Assembly: GCA_902605165.1 (NCBI GenBank)
Contig: CACLBJ010000002.1
Location: 100,269 to 164,268, forward strand
DNA: 64,000 nucleotides
DNA from: an uncultured SAR86 cluster bacterium
Lineage (GTDB): Bacteria > Pseudomonadota > Gammaproteobacteria > Magnimaribacterales > D2472
Reading direction: 5' to 3'
The translations under genes and the position numbers were made by a program. Below the pieces are notes generated by a model. It did not search any database. It was not told the DNA's origin and saw only the letters and a program-made list of their open reading frames with translations. This document shows, piece by piece, positions 39,302 through 48,228 of this stretch (positions are counted from its first letter, which is position 1; each line of letters begins with the position of its first letter).

Positions 39302-39400
39302 ATTTTTCCCCTAAATTTAAATTTATTTTTTAAATATAGCATTAAATATGTCTAAAAAGAACATATTTTCTACCTGAAAGTATTGTTTTAAAAGGTTTCT

Positions 39401-40657
39401 CTATTCAAATTGCTTTTGATCGCTAGCAAAAAATAGATAAATTAGTCCGCCTATCACAATTAGGCTAGCAGCAATATGAAATACAAGCGTCCATGAATTA
39501 GTAACATCTAAAACATAACCAGAGACAGCATTCCCTACAACGCCTGCAATCATTCCAAAAGTTGATGCAATGCCAACGAGCGTTCCCGTTGTGCTAGGGC
39601 CGATATCGGCATGATTTACGCCAAATCCTCCTGCAGCAGCTCCTGTGAAAAGATTTGTGATACATATCAATACCATTATCATTGTGATTGATTCAAAAAA
39701 TGGGATCATAAAAAGACAAATCGCGGACCCAAAGAATCCTACTGAATTCAATGTTTTTCTCACATTAACTACTCTTAAACCGCCTTTTATTAAGCTATCT
39801 GCAAGATACCCTCCTGCATTGAGAGCAATTACCGAAATAATACTTGGAATAATAATAAGAATTACAAAAGTGCTTGATTCTAGTTCTATCCCTAGCTCAT
39901 TATCAATAAATTTTGGTAAGAATGACAAAAAAACAAATAAGCTCCAGTTATTTGCAAAGGTCGCGGCAACTATCGCTAAGAAAGGTTTGTTAATAAGCAA
40001 CTGTCTTAAAGGAATTTTTTTTGCGGGCTCAGATGATGGTGCATTCTCTTGAATATAAGCTAACTCCTCAGCAGAAATTCTTTTATGCTCATTTGGATAT
40101 GAGGTTACATTTCTGTTCCAGAAAATAAACCACACCAGACCAACTATGCCAAAAATATAAAATGCCCATTCCCAGCCCATTGCAAGAATAATCATTTGGG
40201 TGCCTATATATCCAATGATGGTTCCAATGGAAACTCCGCTATTAGTGAAAGCTATAGCTCTTGTTCTTTCATTAAATGGAATCCATCGAGCATATAGACT
40301 ATGCCATGCAGGAAATGTTACTCCCTCCCCTATACCCATTAAGATTCTTATGAAGAATAGTGCAAAAAAACCATTATGCGCAGCTAGCGGCGTAAGGATT
40401 GTGAAGATTGACCATAAAACAACACCCCACCCTAAAACACGCTTACCTCCAAACTTATCAGATAAGTATCCCCCCAAGGCCATTGTGAGCATGTACCCCA
40501 AATAGAAAGAAGAAAATATAAAACCAACCTGGGAATCGCTCCATCCAAACTGTTCTTGCATTGGAATAATTGCAACAGAAATATTCACTCTATCTATGTA
40601 ACAAATAATTACGGCAAGAGTTGAATATGCAATAAGGTTAATTCTTTGAGAAAGCAT
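39401..40657 (-). CDS. MFS transporter (anion:cation symporter-like)
   Basis: 418 aa with 12 TM. GGYLSDKFGGKR between TM2 and TM3 is the MFS signature. Confidence 0.8.
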   Translation of the reverse strand: MLSQRINLIAYSTLAVIICYIDRVNISVAIIPMQEQFGWSDSQVGFIFSSFYLGYMLTMALGGYLSDKFGGKRVLGWGVVLWSIFTILTPLAAHNGFFALFFIRILMGIGEGVTFPAWHSLYARWIPFNERTRAIAFTNSGVSIGTIIGYIGTQMIILAMGWEWAFYIFGIVGLVWFIFWNRNVTSYPNEHKRISAEELAYIQENAPSSEPAKKIPLRQLLINKPFLAIVAATFANNWSLFVFLSFLPKFIDNELGIELESSTFVILIIIPSIISVIALNAGGYLADSLIKGGLRVVNVRKTLNSVGFFGSAICLFMIPFFESITMIMVLICITNLFTGAAAGGFGVNHADIGPSTTGTLVGIASTFGMIAGVVGNAVSGYVLDVTNSWTLVFHIAASLIVIGGLIYLFFASDQKQFE

Positions 40658-40659
40658 GC

Positions 40660-42021
40660 CTAAGATTTAGGTGAGAATTTTATGGGCATTTCTTGGATAG
40701 CATGCACAAAGTTATTTGGTGCTACTTTCCATTCACCATTCATCTCGAAGTCAGGAAACCTAGCTAAGAACTGTGAATAAAATTCTTTAAGTTGCATTAG
40801 CGCAACTGGTTTACCTAAACAAGTATGTCTTCCTATACCAAAAGCAAGATGCTTATCAGCATTTTCTCTTAGAATATTAAATCTATCGGGATCCTTAAAA
40901 ATTTCTGGATCTCTATTTGCAGCACCATACCAAAGTGCAATTTTTTCATAGGGCCCAATTCTTTGCCCATTGATTTCTGTTTCTTCGAGAGAAGTTCTTC
41001 GCATATGTATAACTGGAGAAACACATCTAATAGTTTCATTGATAAAGTTTGGAAGATAATCAGGATTGTTTACTAAGAGCTCCTTTTGATCTTGGTTGTC
41101 ATGAAGTAATTTAATTCCACCGCTCATAGTGTTTCTTGTGGTGTCATTACCCGCAAAGACTATTAACAACCAAGAACCATCAAGAAATTCTTGTGTTAGT
41201 TCTTTACCTTCAATTTTTGCATTAGCTATTGCACTCAAAAGATCATTTTCAGGATTTTTTCTCTTTTTCAGAAGAATATGTTTTCCATAATCAAACATTT
41301 CATCAACCATTGCATTAAAAAGGTTAATCATTTCAGGATCTGGTGATGAGTCAGTGACTCCTTCATTTTGCTGTTTGATCTGTTCAACTGCGAAGTATTG
41401 AGCTAGCTCCAAAAACTCCATCCATGTAACTAGCTTTTGTCTATCAGATTCAGGAATTCCAAGGATTTCGGATAAAGTATATATAGGAAGTTGCTGGGAA
41501 ACCTCGCTTACTAAGTTACATTCACCCATTGGACCAATCTGATCCAAAAGTTGTCCTACCTTGATAGTAACTTTCTTTTGCAAATCCTCAACATAACCAG
41601 GTTTAAAAAAAGGCATGTGTTCTTTTCTGAGCCCCAAATGCATTTCACCATCAAGGTTAAGCATATGATCAATTGTTGATTTGAATAGTCTTGGATGTCT
41701 ATTCTCTTCAGACCCTTGAGTCAACATATTCCCCGTAGCGTATTGAGAGGAAAATATTTTTGGATTCATCGACACATGCTTAATATCTTCATGCCGGGTT
41801 AATACCCAATATCCAGGCTCTGGATCAGTTGGCATAGGATCATGAAAATATACCGGTGCGTTGTCCCTCAATTCCTTATAAAAATCTACAGGTTGACCCT
41901 TGGTAAAAAGGTCTAAATCATTGAGGGATTTTTTTGCTTTATAGGAAGAATTCTTTGCAAAAGCGGGTTCGTTAATCTCATGATCGAGCACTTCATCTGA
42001 TAAGACATATCCTGAGGTCAT
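40660..42021 (-). CDS. Cytochrome P450
   Basis: 453 aa. I-helix AGNDTT, the ExxR motif (ETIR) and the heme-thiolate loop FGIGRHTCLG. Confidence 0.9.
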   Translation of the reverse strand: MTSGYVLSDEVLDHEINEPAFAKNSSYKAKKSLNDLDLFTKGQPVDFYKELRDNAPVYFHDPMPTDPEPGYWVLTRHEDIKHVSMNPKIFSSQYATGNMLTQGSEENRHPRLFKSTIDHMLNLDGEMHLGLRKEHMPFFKPGYVEDLQKKVTIKVGQLLDQIGPMGECNLVSEVSQQLPIYTLSEILGIPESDRQKLVTWMEFLELAQYFAVEQIKQQNEGVTDSSPDPEMINLFNAMVDEMFDYGKHILLKKRKNPENDLLSAIANAKIEGKELTQEFLDGSWLLIVFAGNDTTRNTMSGGIKLLHDNQDQKELLVNNPDYLPNFINETIRCVSPVIHMRRTSLEETEINGQRIGPYEKIALWYGAANRDPEIFKDPDRFNILRENADKHLAFGIGRHTCLGKPVALMQLKEFYSQFLARFPDFEMNGEWKVAPNNFVHAIQEMPIKFSPKS

Positions 42022-42024
42022 TAT

Positions 42025-42468
42025 TTATAACCACCTTCTAACTTTTGAACAATAATCCTTCCAATCAGTAAATTTTTCCTGCATTGCTCGCTCTTCAGGA
42101 ATTATTTGGAAAACAGTTATATAAAGGACAAACATGACCACTAAGCAAACTGTTAACTTGGCACCAAAAATTAATCCAAAACCTATCAACATTATGCTCA
42201 TTCCCAGGTACATTGGATTACGGGTATATTTGAAGGGACCTATGATCGCAAGTTTTGAAGCTTGTGAAGGTTGCATCGGATTAATGGTAGTTTCTAGCTG
42301 CTTAAAAACTCTGGCTGCTGAAATCAAGACTGACAAACCGCAAATAATTATCATAACTCCAAGCGGCGTCTGATATTCAAAGCTGAAAGGTTCAATAAGC
42401 TTATTTGAAAAACCTATTAAAAAAATAAAAATAAGAGTGACTATTGGTGGGGGTATTTTTGTTTCCAT
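42025..42468 (-). CDS. Isoprenylcysteine carboxyl methyltransferase (ICMT)/phospholipid methyltransferase-family membrane protein
   Basis: 147 aa. GPFKYTRNPMYLG and a C-terminal EE....F motif typical of the ICMT/PEMT family. Confidence 0.6.
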   Translation of the reverse strand: METKIPPPIVTLIFIFLIGFSNKLIEPFSFEYQTPLGVMIIICGLSVLISAARVFKQLETTINPMQPSQASKLAIIGPFKYTRNPMYLGMSIMLIGFGLIFGAKLTVCLVVMFVLYITVFQIIPEERAMQEKFTDWKDYCSKVRRWL

Positions 42469-42523
42469 GAAAAAATTATATCAAAGAATGTTTCTTTCCA
42501 AAGATCTACATCTTTTTCATTGA

Positions 42524-42904
42524 TTAGGAAAAACTGTTTTCTTTTCGTTTAACTAAAAAGAATAAAAATCCTGCCAATACCAATTCGACTAAAATTTTGT
42601 CGGTTGATAAAGCTGCATCATGAAATAAGAATGCAATTAATCGTGAAACTGCTGCAAAGCCAAATAAGGCAATTGGCGTATATAACCAAACTTTTTTCTT
42701 TTTGACAGCTGCACATAGAGTAAAAACACCTACAACAAGAAAAAAGCTTGCAAGATCTCCAATTTGTGTACTGAGACCATGACCGGAGAGCAAGCTCATA
42801 CCTAAACCTGCTGCAGCTGAAGTTGGATCAACCAACCATTGAAGACCCATCAACAAGAAAAGAAAACCTATTACATAGGTAAGAATATTAAATAATTTAT
42901 CCAT
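42524..42904 (-). CDS. Hypothetical four-TM membrane protein
   Basis: 126 aa. Its topology is similar to the 35576-36019 product. Confidence 0.4.
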   Translation of the reverse strand: MDKLFNILTYVIGFLFLLMGLQWLVDPTSAAAGLGMSLLSGHGLSTQIGDLASFFLVVGVFTLCAAVKKKKVWLYTPIALFGFAAVSRLIAFLFHDAALSTDKILVELVLAGFLFFLVKRKENSFS

Positions 42905-42924
42905 GAATTTATTATATTACAAAT

Positions 42925-43009
42925 TGGTAGGGATGGAGGGAGTCGAACCCCCACGCCTTGCGGCACTTGGTTCTAAGCCAAGCATGTCTACCAGTTCCAT
43001 CACATCCCC
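42925..43009 (-). tRNA. tRNA-Leu(UAG)
   Basis: The reverse complement is GGGGATGTGATGGAACTGGTAGACATGCTTGGCTTAGAACCAAGTGCCGCAAGGCGTGGGGGTTCGACTCCCTCCATCCCTACCA. It has a long variable arm and the anticodon loop CTTAGAA. Pair 1:72 would be a G-U wobble. Confidence 0.88.
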
Positions 43010-43037
43010 GAGGTAGAAGAATTATATATTATCTTTA

Positions 43038-43922
43038 CTAGATTGATAGAATTGTTTTTGCTATTAGCTCTGGCTGATTTTCTTGAGAAAAATGTCCTGC
43101 ATCTATTATTTGGTGATGCATATCTTTAGCTCCGGGGATCTTTTCTATGAAGAATTTTTCTCCGCCTATAAAAGCCATATCATGCTCACCAAAGAGAGTA
43201 ATGGTGGATTTATCAAAGTTACTAAGCACTTGCCATGCCTCTATATTTTCTTGAACTTGGGGATGTTCTTTAGTGATTGGAACTAAAGTAGGAAAAACTC
43301 TTGGCCCTGCTTTATATGAATCATCAGGAAATGGAGCGTTGTATGCTGCTATTTCAGCTTCACTAAGTTGTTTGAGGCTGCCTTGATTGACTATCTTTCC
43401 ACAGTCAAAGTCTTCTACATTTTGGCTAAAGTCCAGCCACTGCATAAAACCCTCAGTTGCTCCGCTACCAATAGGAAGGCCCGAGTTTGATACCACAAGT
43501 CCTTCATATAAATCTGGATATTTTGCTAATAACCTAAGGCCGATCAGGCCACCCCAATCTTGCGCAAAAAAAATGATATCTTTTAAATCGAGTTTCTTTA
43601 GTAATGCCTCTACCCAAGAAATATGATTAGCATAAGAATAGTCGTCTCTTGCTGCAGGTTTATCAGATTTTCCAAATCCGATTAGATCAGGAGCAATAAC
43701 TCTTTTGCCATTGGAGACTAAGATAGGAATAATTTTTCTATATAGATATGACCATGTTGGTTCACCATGCATTAAAAGAACAATCTCTTTAGATTCAGAG
43801 TTTTCATCAAGATAATGCATCCTTAAAGTCTGATCATGATGCTCTATATCAATATAATTTGGCTCAAAAGGATAATCTTCTAGATTATCAAAACATTCAT
43901 CTGGGGTTCTTAGAATTTCCAT
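43038..43922 (-). CDS. Haloalkane dehalogenase (HLD-I, DhlA-like alpha/beta hydrolase)
   Basis: 294 aa. HGEPTWSYLYRKIIP...RVIAPDLIGFGKSDKP, a nucleophile elbow QDWGG (Asp-Trp) and a C-terminal DAGHF. By eye it is colinear with Xanthobacter DhlA. Confidence 0.85.
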   Translation of the reverse strand: MEILRTPDECFDNLEDYPFEPNYIDIEHHDQTLRMHYLDENSESKEIVLLMHGEPTWSYLYRKIIPILVSNGKRVIAPDLIGFGKSDKPAARDDYSYANHISWVEALLKKLDLKDIIFFAQDWGGLIGLRLLAKYPDLYEGLVVSNSGLPIGSGATEGFMQWLDFSQNVEDFDCGKIVNQGSLKQLSEAEIAAYNAPFPDDSYKAGPRVFPTLVPITKEHPQVQENIEAWQVLSNFDKSTITLFGEHDMAFIGGEKFFIEKIPGAKDMHHQIIDAGHFSQENQPELIAKTILSI

Positions 43923-43923
43923 A

Positions 43924-44979
43924 TCATCTTTTTAATAATTTTTCGCAGCCTGAACCATCGAGTATTTCTAATACCTTTACCTTATCAACCTCAGAGAGAA
44001 TTTCGAATTCCTCTTTAATCCACTTCAGACACTTTGCTTGATATGGGAATACTTTTTGACTCCAAGCTACATCATCTATTTTCGTTTCCCAAGTTTCATC
44101 ACCTTTCTCTAGTGCTTCGGCATTTGCAATTAATGCTGGCACATAAACCTTACCAACTTCTGTAAAAAGCTCTTTGAGACTGTTTGGTATTGAGTCAACA
44201 TCAAACCACTCGTTGTTTTCAGTTTTTAAACCCGATAAATCCTCCATTGAGTTTATCCAAGCAACTGTTCTTTTAGAAATCTCATGGGCTATATTTCTAG
44301 ACGTAGGATCAAATCCAATTAATTGTGTAAGTTGGCCAAATATCGCGAAGTCCGCAGAGCTTGGCTTTTGTCCAAAAATATATGGACTATTAGCGAGATG
44401 TTTTTCCATAATTGCTAAAAAACGTTTATAGCTTTCCTCAATCACTGGTGCTGTCTTCTCGTTAGAGCCAACAACCCACAACCTTTTGATTTGTCTAGGT
44501 CCGATATAGTCACTAAATTGTTTCCAATGCTCATCTGGTAAGCTTGCATTATGATTAAGGGGTAACAAAGAAGCTGCGTTTTCAGCATCCTCCTTAAAAT
44601 GCCACCTATAATGGAACATATATTTTGTAGCCCACTCATCTCCAAAATCTTCTAATAGAAAATTTAAAAAAGATAAAATGGGATTATCTGGAATAACACT
44701 CCTTTCAAAATACTCCTTTTCAAAGCGTCTTATAATCGGCGTAGAGTCAGTGACTGCCTCCATTTCTCCATCTTCATTCGGAAGAATGAATGTTGGCAGT
44801 AAGGCTGGTTTTGGTTTTTCAATGTTAAATTTTCTAAAAATCTCATCGCTATCAAGAATAGTTCCTGGATCACCCCAAATAATTTCATAATTTATATGCC
44901 TATATCTCAGCAAAGAAATCATTTTTCTTGTGTAGGGAGATGGAGGAGCCCCAATTAGAGTTATTCTTTCTGACTCCAT
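43924..44979 (-). CDS. Long glutathione S-transferase-like protein
   Basis: 351 aa. A GST_N-like start (ITLIGAPPSPYTRKMISLLRYRHINYEII) is followed by a helical C-terminal region. The stop is 1 nt from the dehalogenase start. Confidence 0.6.
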   Translation of the reverse strand: MESERITLIGAPPSPYTRKMISLLRYRHINYEIIWGDPGTILDSDEIFRKFNIEKPKPALLPTFILPNEDGEMEAVTDSTPIIRRFEKEYFERSVIPDNPILSFLNFLLEDFGDEWATKYMFHYRWHFKEDAENAASLLPLNHNASLPDEHWKQFSDYIGPRQIKRLWVVGSNEKTAPVIEESYKRFLAIMEKHLANSPYIFGQKPSSADFAIFGQLTQLIGFDPTSRNIAHEISKRTVAWINSMEDLSGLKTENNEWFDVDSIPNSLKELFTEVGKVYVPALIANAEALEKGDETWETKIDDVAWSQKVFPYQAKCLKWIKEEFEILSEVDKVKVLEILDGSGCEKLLKR

Positions 44980-44982
44980 ATC

Positions 44983-45195
44983 TCAAAGCACTCCCAAGAG
45001 GCTAAGAGCTATCAAAATGCTTATAAAAGTTAGAACAAGATAAATATAGAATTCTTTCATCCTGTTGTAGTTGAAAGCGTTGTAGGTCATGCCAGAGAGA
45101 ATGATTGGAAGAACAACAATGAAAATACTGCCAGCTAAGATTATAAGTGGCACGAAAGCTAGTAAAGTTAGTGCCTGAAGAATATATCTATTCAT
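44983..45195 (-). CDS. Hypothetical two-TM small membrane protein
   Basis: 70 aa with two hydrophobic helices. It is packed between the neighbouring operon genes. Confidence 0.4.
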   Translation of the reverse strand: MNRYILQALTLLAFVPLIILAGSIFIVVLPIILSGMTYNAFNYNRMKEFYIYLVLTFISILIALSLLGVL

Positions 45196-45799
45196 CTATA
45201 ACAACTTCATTATTTATAGAGTTTTGTATCTCTAGAAGAATCTGATTATTTTGTGTTCTGTAGGCCTCAAGAGCCTGGACAGACTCTTCTATAAAAAGGA
45301 TTTGTCTTTTTAGAGATCTTATTTCAATTTCTGATTGGCTGACAGTTCCTGACAAGTCAGGCTGATTCTCAATTAGCTGAGTAATATTATTTAACTCAGT
45401 ATTGATTATAGCTATGGCATCATCGATTTCTTTATCCGTTTTATTATATTTTTGGATAAGCTCATTTAAACTTTTTGTAAGTTTTTCAATATTAACTTTA
45501 TTTCTTTTGTTGCTGAGATCCCAAAGCTTCCTAATCTCTTTATCCAAAAATTGTAATTCTGCGCCAACTTCAATGAGAGAATCTGAATTTACCTCATCTA
45601 ACATAAGTAGTTGATTTTCAATTTTAGACAACCTGTCATCTAGTGAAGCAGAGGTTGAATCAATTTTAGTGCTTGTTTGTTCAGATCTTAGCAGCAAGAA
45701 GAGAACTGCTCCAAGAATGGCAACAAATATTATGCCCAGCATCAAGCTACTATTTTTCTGTGGCTTAAAGTTAATACTATCTTCTCTGCTTACTTTCAT
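45188..45799 (-). CDS. Hypothetical membrane-anchored coiled-coil protein
   Basis: 203 aa. A single N-terminal TM is followed by a heptad-like, charged sequence of about 150 aa. Confidence 0.45.
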   Translation of the reverse strand: MKVSREDSINFKPQKNSSLMLGIIFVAILGAVLFLLLRSEQTSTKIDSTSASLDDRLSKIENQLLMLDEVNSDSLIEVGAELQFLDKEIRKLWDLSNKRNKVNIEKLTKSLNELIQKYNKTDKEIDDAIAIINTELNNITQLIENQPDLSGTVSQSEIEIRSLKRQILFIEESVQALEAYRTQNNQILLEIQNSINNEVVIDE

Positions 45800-45877
45800 A
45801 AGTTAATTTATATATTTTTTTAAAAGTAATATAATTTATTAGCTTTGTAAAAGTATATTTTAACTGAAAAAAAAATT

Positions 45878-46993
45878 ATGAATCTAGATTTCTCAGATGA
45901 CCAAAAACTTCTTCAAGAAGAAGCTAAAAAATTTTTAACAAAAGAAGATGCTCTAAAAATCAATAGAGCAGTTATGGATAGTGATAAAACCTACGACCAA
46001 GAGCTTTGGAATAAGATTGTAGGTCTTGGTTGGACCGGTATTAGAATACCAGAAGAGTATCAGGGATTAGGGCTTTCTCACTTAGAGTTATGCGTTATTG
46101 CTGAAGAGCTTGGGAGACAGGTTGCTCCGGTACCCTTCTCCTCCTCAGTATATTTGTTTACAGAGACCTTGATTGAATTTGGTAGTGAAGAGCAAAAAAA
46201 TTCAATCCTTCCAAAATTAGTTACCGGTGATGTGATTGGTACTCTTGCAATTGCAGAAACGAATTCAGCTCCTAGTAAGGATAATATTTCTGTTGCGCTT
46301 AAGGATGGAAAACTTTCTGGAACTAAGATTGCTGTTCCTGATGCAGAAGTAGCAACTCATGCAGTAGTGGTAGCAAAAAATGGTGATAATGTCTCTTTAT
46401 GTGTTGTGGATCTAAATTCAGATGATGTTGATATTACTGTTCAAAGAAATATCGATGAAAGCAGAGGTTATTATTCGGTTTCTTTTAATGGTGCTAATGC
46501 TGAAATCATTGGTGATGAAGAATCTGGTTGGTCAAACCTTGAAAAAATTATGGATCATGCAGCAGTTTTATTTTCCTTTGAGCAAATAGGTGGTGCTCAA
46601 GCAAGTCTTGATATGGCAAATAAATATGCAAAAGAAAGATATGCATTTGGAAGACCAATAGGATCATTCCAATCTATGAAACATAAATTAGCTGATATGT
46701 ATGTAGCTTTAACTCTAGCTAAATCAAACTCCTTTTATGGAGCATGGGCTCTGTCTTCAAATGCAGCTGAACTTCCGACAGCTGCTGCTACAGCAAGAGT
46801 TTCTGCAACCAAAGCATTCCAGCTATGTTCTCAAGAAAATATCCAAACACATGGCGGTAACGGTTTTACCTGGGAATATGACTGTCACATGTTTTATAAA
46901 AGATCAAAAGTGCTTTCACTTAACTTGGGTTCGCTGCCCTCATGGCGCGAAAAACTTATTAAAAGCTTAGAACAAGCGAACATTAAACTATAG
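45878..46993 (+). CDS. Acyl-CoA dehydrogenase family protein (short subunit-like)
   Basis: 371 aa with an ACAD fold (GGNGFTWEY...). The position equivalent to the MCAD catalytic Glu (YEGT) reads NLGS. Confidence 0.8.
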   Translation: MNLDFSDDQKLLQEEAKKFLTKEDALKINRAVMDSDKTYDQELWNKIVGLGWTGIRIPEEYQGLGLSHLELCVIAEELGRQVAPVPFSSSVYLFTETLIEFGSEEQKNSILPKLVTGDVIGTLAIAETNSAPSKDNISVALKDGKLSGTKIAVPDAEVATHAVVVAKNGDNVSLCVVDLNSDDVDITVQRNIDESRGYYSVSFNGANAEIIGDEESGWSNLEKIMDHAAVLFSFEQIGGAQASLDMANKYAKERYAFGRPIGSFQSMKHKLADMYVALTLAKSNSFYGAWALSSNAAELPTAAATARVSATKAFQLCSQENIQTHGGNGFTWEYDCHMFYKRSKVLSLNLGSLPSWREKLIKSLEQANIKL

Positions 46994-47001
46994 GAGAAAA
47001 T

Positions 47002-48228
47002 ATGGATTTTAATGATACCCCACAAGAAGCAGAATTTAGAGCTAAGTGCAGAGCTTGGTTAGAAGTCAATGCTGAGCTAAAAACAAAGAAAACTAATTCT
47101 GCAAAAAATATGAATATTGGAAATAAAAGTTTGCTAGAGGCAGCTGCTGAGTGGCAGAAGAAGAAATATGATGCTGGCTGGGCAATGATCCATTGGCCAA
47201 AAGAATTTGGAGGAATTGGTGCTACTCCTATTGAAAGGATTATCTGGGCTCAAGAAGAGTCAAAGTTTAATGTTCCTAAAGGTGTTTATGAGATTGGACT
47301 AGGTATGGCTGGTCCTGTAATGATGGAATATGCAACTGATGAACAAAAAGAAAGATACTTACCACCAATGGCTGAGGGCAAAGAAATATGGTGTCAGTTA
47401 TTTTCAGAGCCATCTGCTGGTTCTGATGTTGCAGGTCTGAGATCTAAGGCTGTTCAAGACGGTGAAAATTGGATTGTAAATGGTCAAAAAGTATGGACTT
47501 CAGGAGCACATTTCTCTGACTTCGGTATTTTGGTTGTTAGGCATGATGCAGGTTTAGAAAAACATAAAGGCCTCACCTTTTTCTTTGTTGATATGAAATC
47601 TCCAGGCATTGAGGTTAAGCCAATAAAACAACTTACAGGTGGTTCCAGTTTCAATGAAGTCTATTTTAATGATGTAGTTATACCTGACTCACAAAGACTC
47701 GGTGAAATTGGTGATGGATGGAAAGTTGCTATTACTACTCTTATGAATGAAAGGCTCGCTGTTGGTGATGCTGACGGAGTAGATGCTAATGAAGCTTTCG
47801 AACTTGCAAAAAAACACGACAAGGATGGAGAACAACTCATTGATAATAATGCTGTGAGAGAGTCTATTGCTGATTGGTATTGTGAGGCATCTGGGCTTAA
47901 AAATACAAAACTCAGAACAATGTCGGCTCTTTCAAGAGGAGATACTCCTGGACCTGAAGCTTCAATCACAAAAATTGTAAGCGCTAATAAGCTTCAAGCA
48001 ATAGGTAACTTTGGAATGGATTCATCAGACATGTCGGGCATGTTAATGGATGAGAAATCTGATTTTATAAAATTTCAAATGGCATGGATGGGCGCAGCTG
48101 GCTTAAGAATAGCGGGTGGTACCGATGAAATTCTTAAAAATATTATTGCTGAGCGTGTTCTTGGTCTACCTCAAGAAGCAAGGGCTGATAAAGGTCTTGC
48201 CTTTAAGGATATACCTAGCGGCTCTTAA
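47002..48228 (+). CDS. Acyl-CoA dehydrogenase family protein
   Basis: 408 aa. CQLFSEPSAGSD, the C-terminal AGGTDEILKNIIAERVLGLP, and a possible IVD/LCAD-type base in MNERLAVG. It starts 8 nt after the upstream ACAD gene. Confidence 0.85.
   Translation: MDFNDTPQEAEFRAKCRAWLEVNAELKTKKTNSAKNMNIGNKSLLEAAAEWQKKKYDAGWAMIHWPKEFGGIGATPIERIIWAQEESKFNVPKGVYEIGLGMAGPVMMEYATDEQKERYLPPMAEGKEIWCQLFSEPSAGSDVAGLRSKAVQDGENWIVNGQKVWTSGAHFSDFGILVVRHDAGLEKHKGLTFFFVDMKSPGIEVKPIKQLTGGSSFNEVYFNDVVIPDSQRLGEIGDGWKVAITTLMNERLAVGDADGVDANEAFELAKKHDKDGEQLIDNNAVRESIADWYCEASGLKNTKLRTMSALSRGDTPGPEASITKIVSANKLQAIGNFGMDSSDMSGMLMDEKSDFIKFQMAWMGAAGLRIAGGTDEILKNIIAERVLGLPQEARADKGLAFKDIPSGS

Noticed and set aside
30282-43009. 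Possible integrated genomic island bounded by tRNA-Val(GAC) and tRNA-Leu(UAG)
   Set aside because: - I found no integrase, transposase, phage or conjugation gene.
- I noticed no obvious direct repeat of a tRNA 3' end.
- The composition looks like the rest of the window.
- I kept it only as a catabolic cluster, not as a mobile element.
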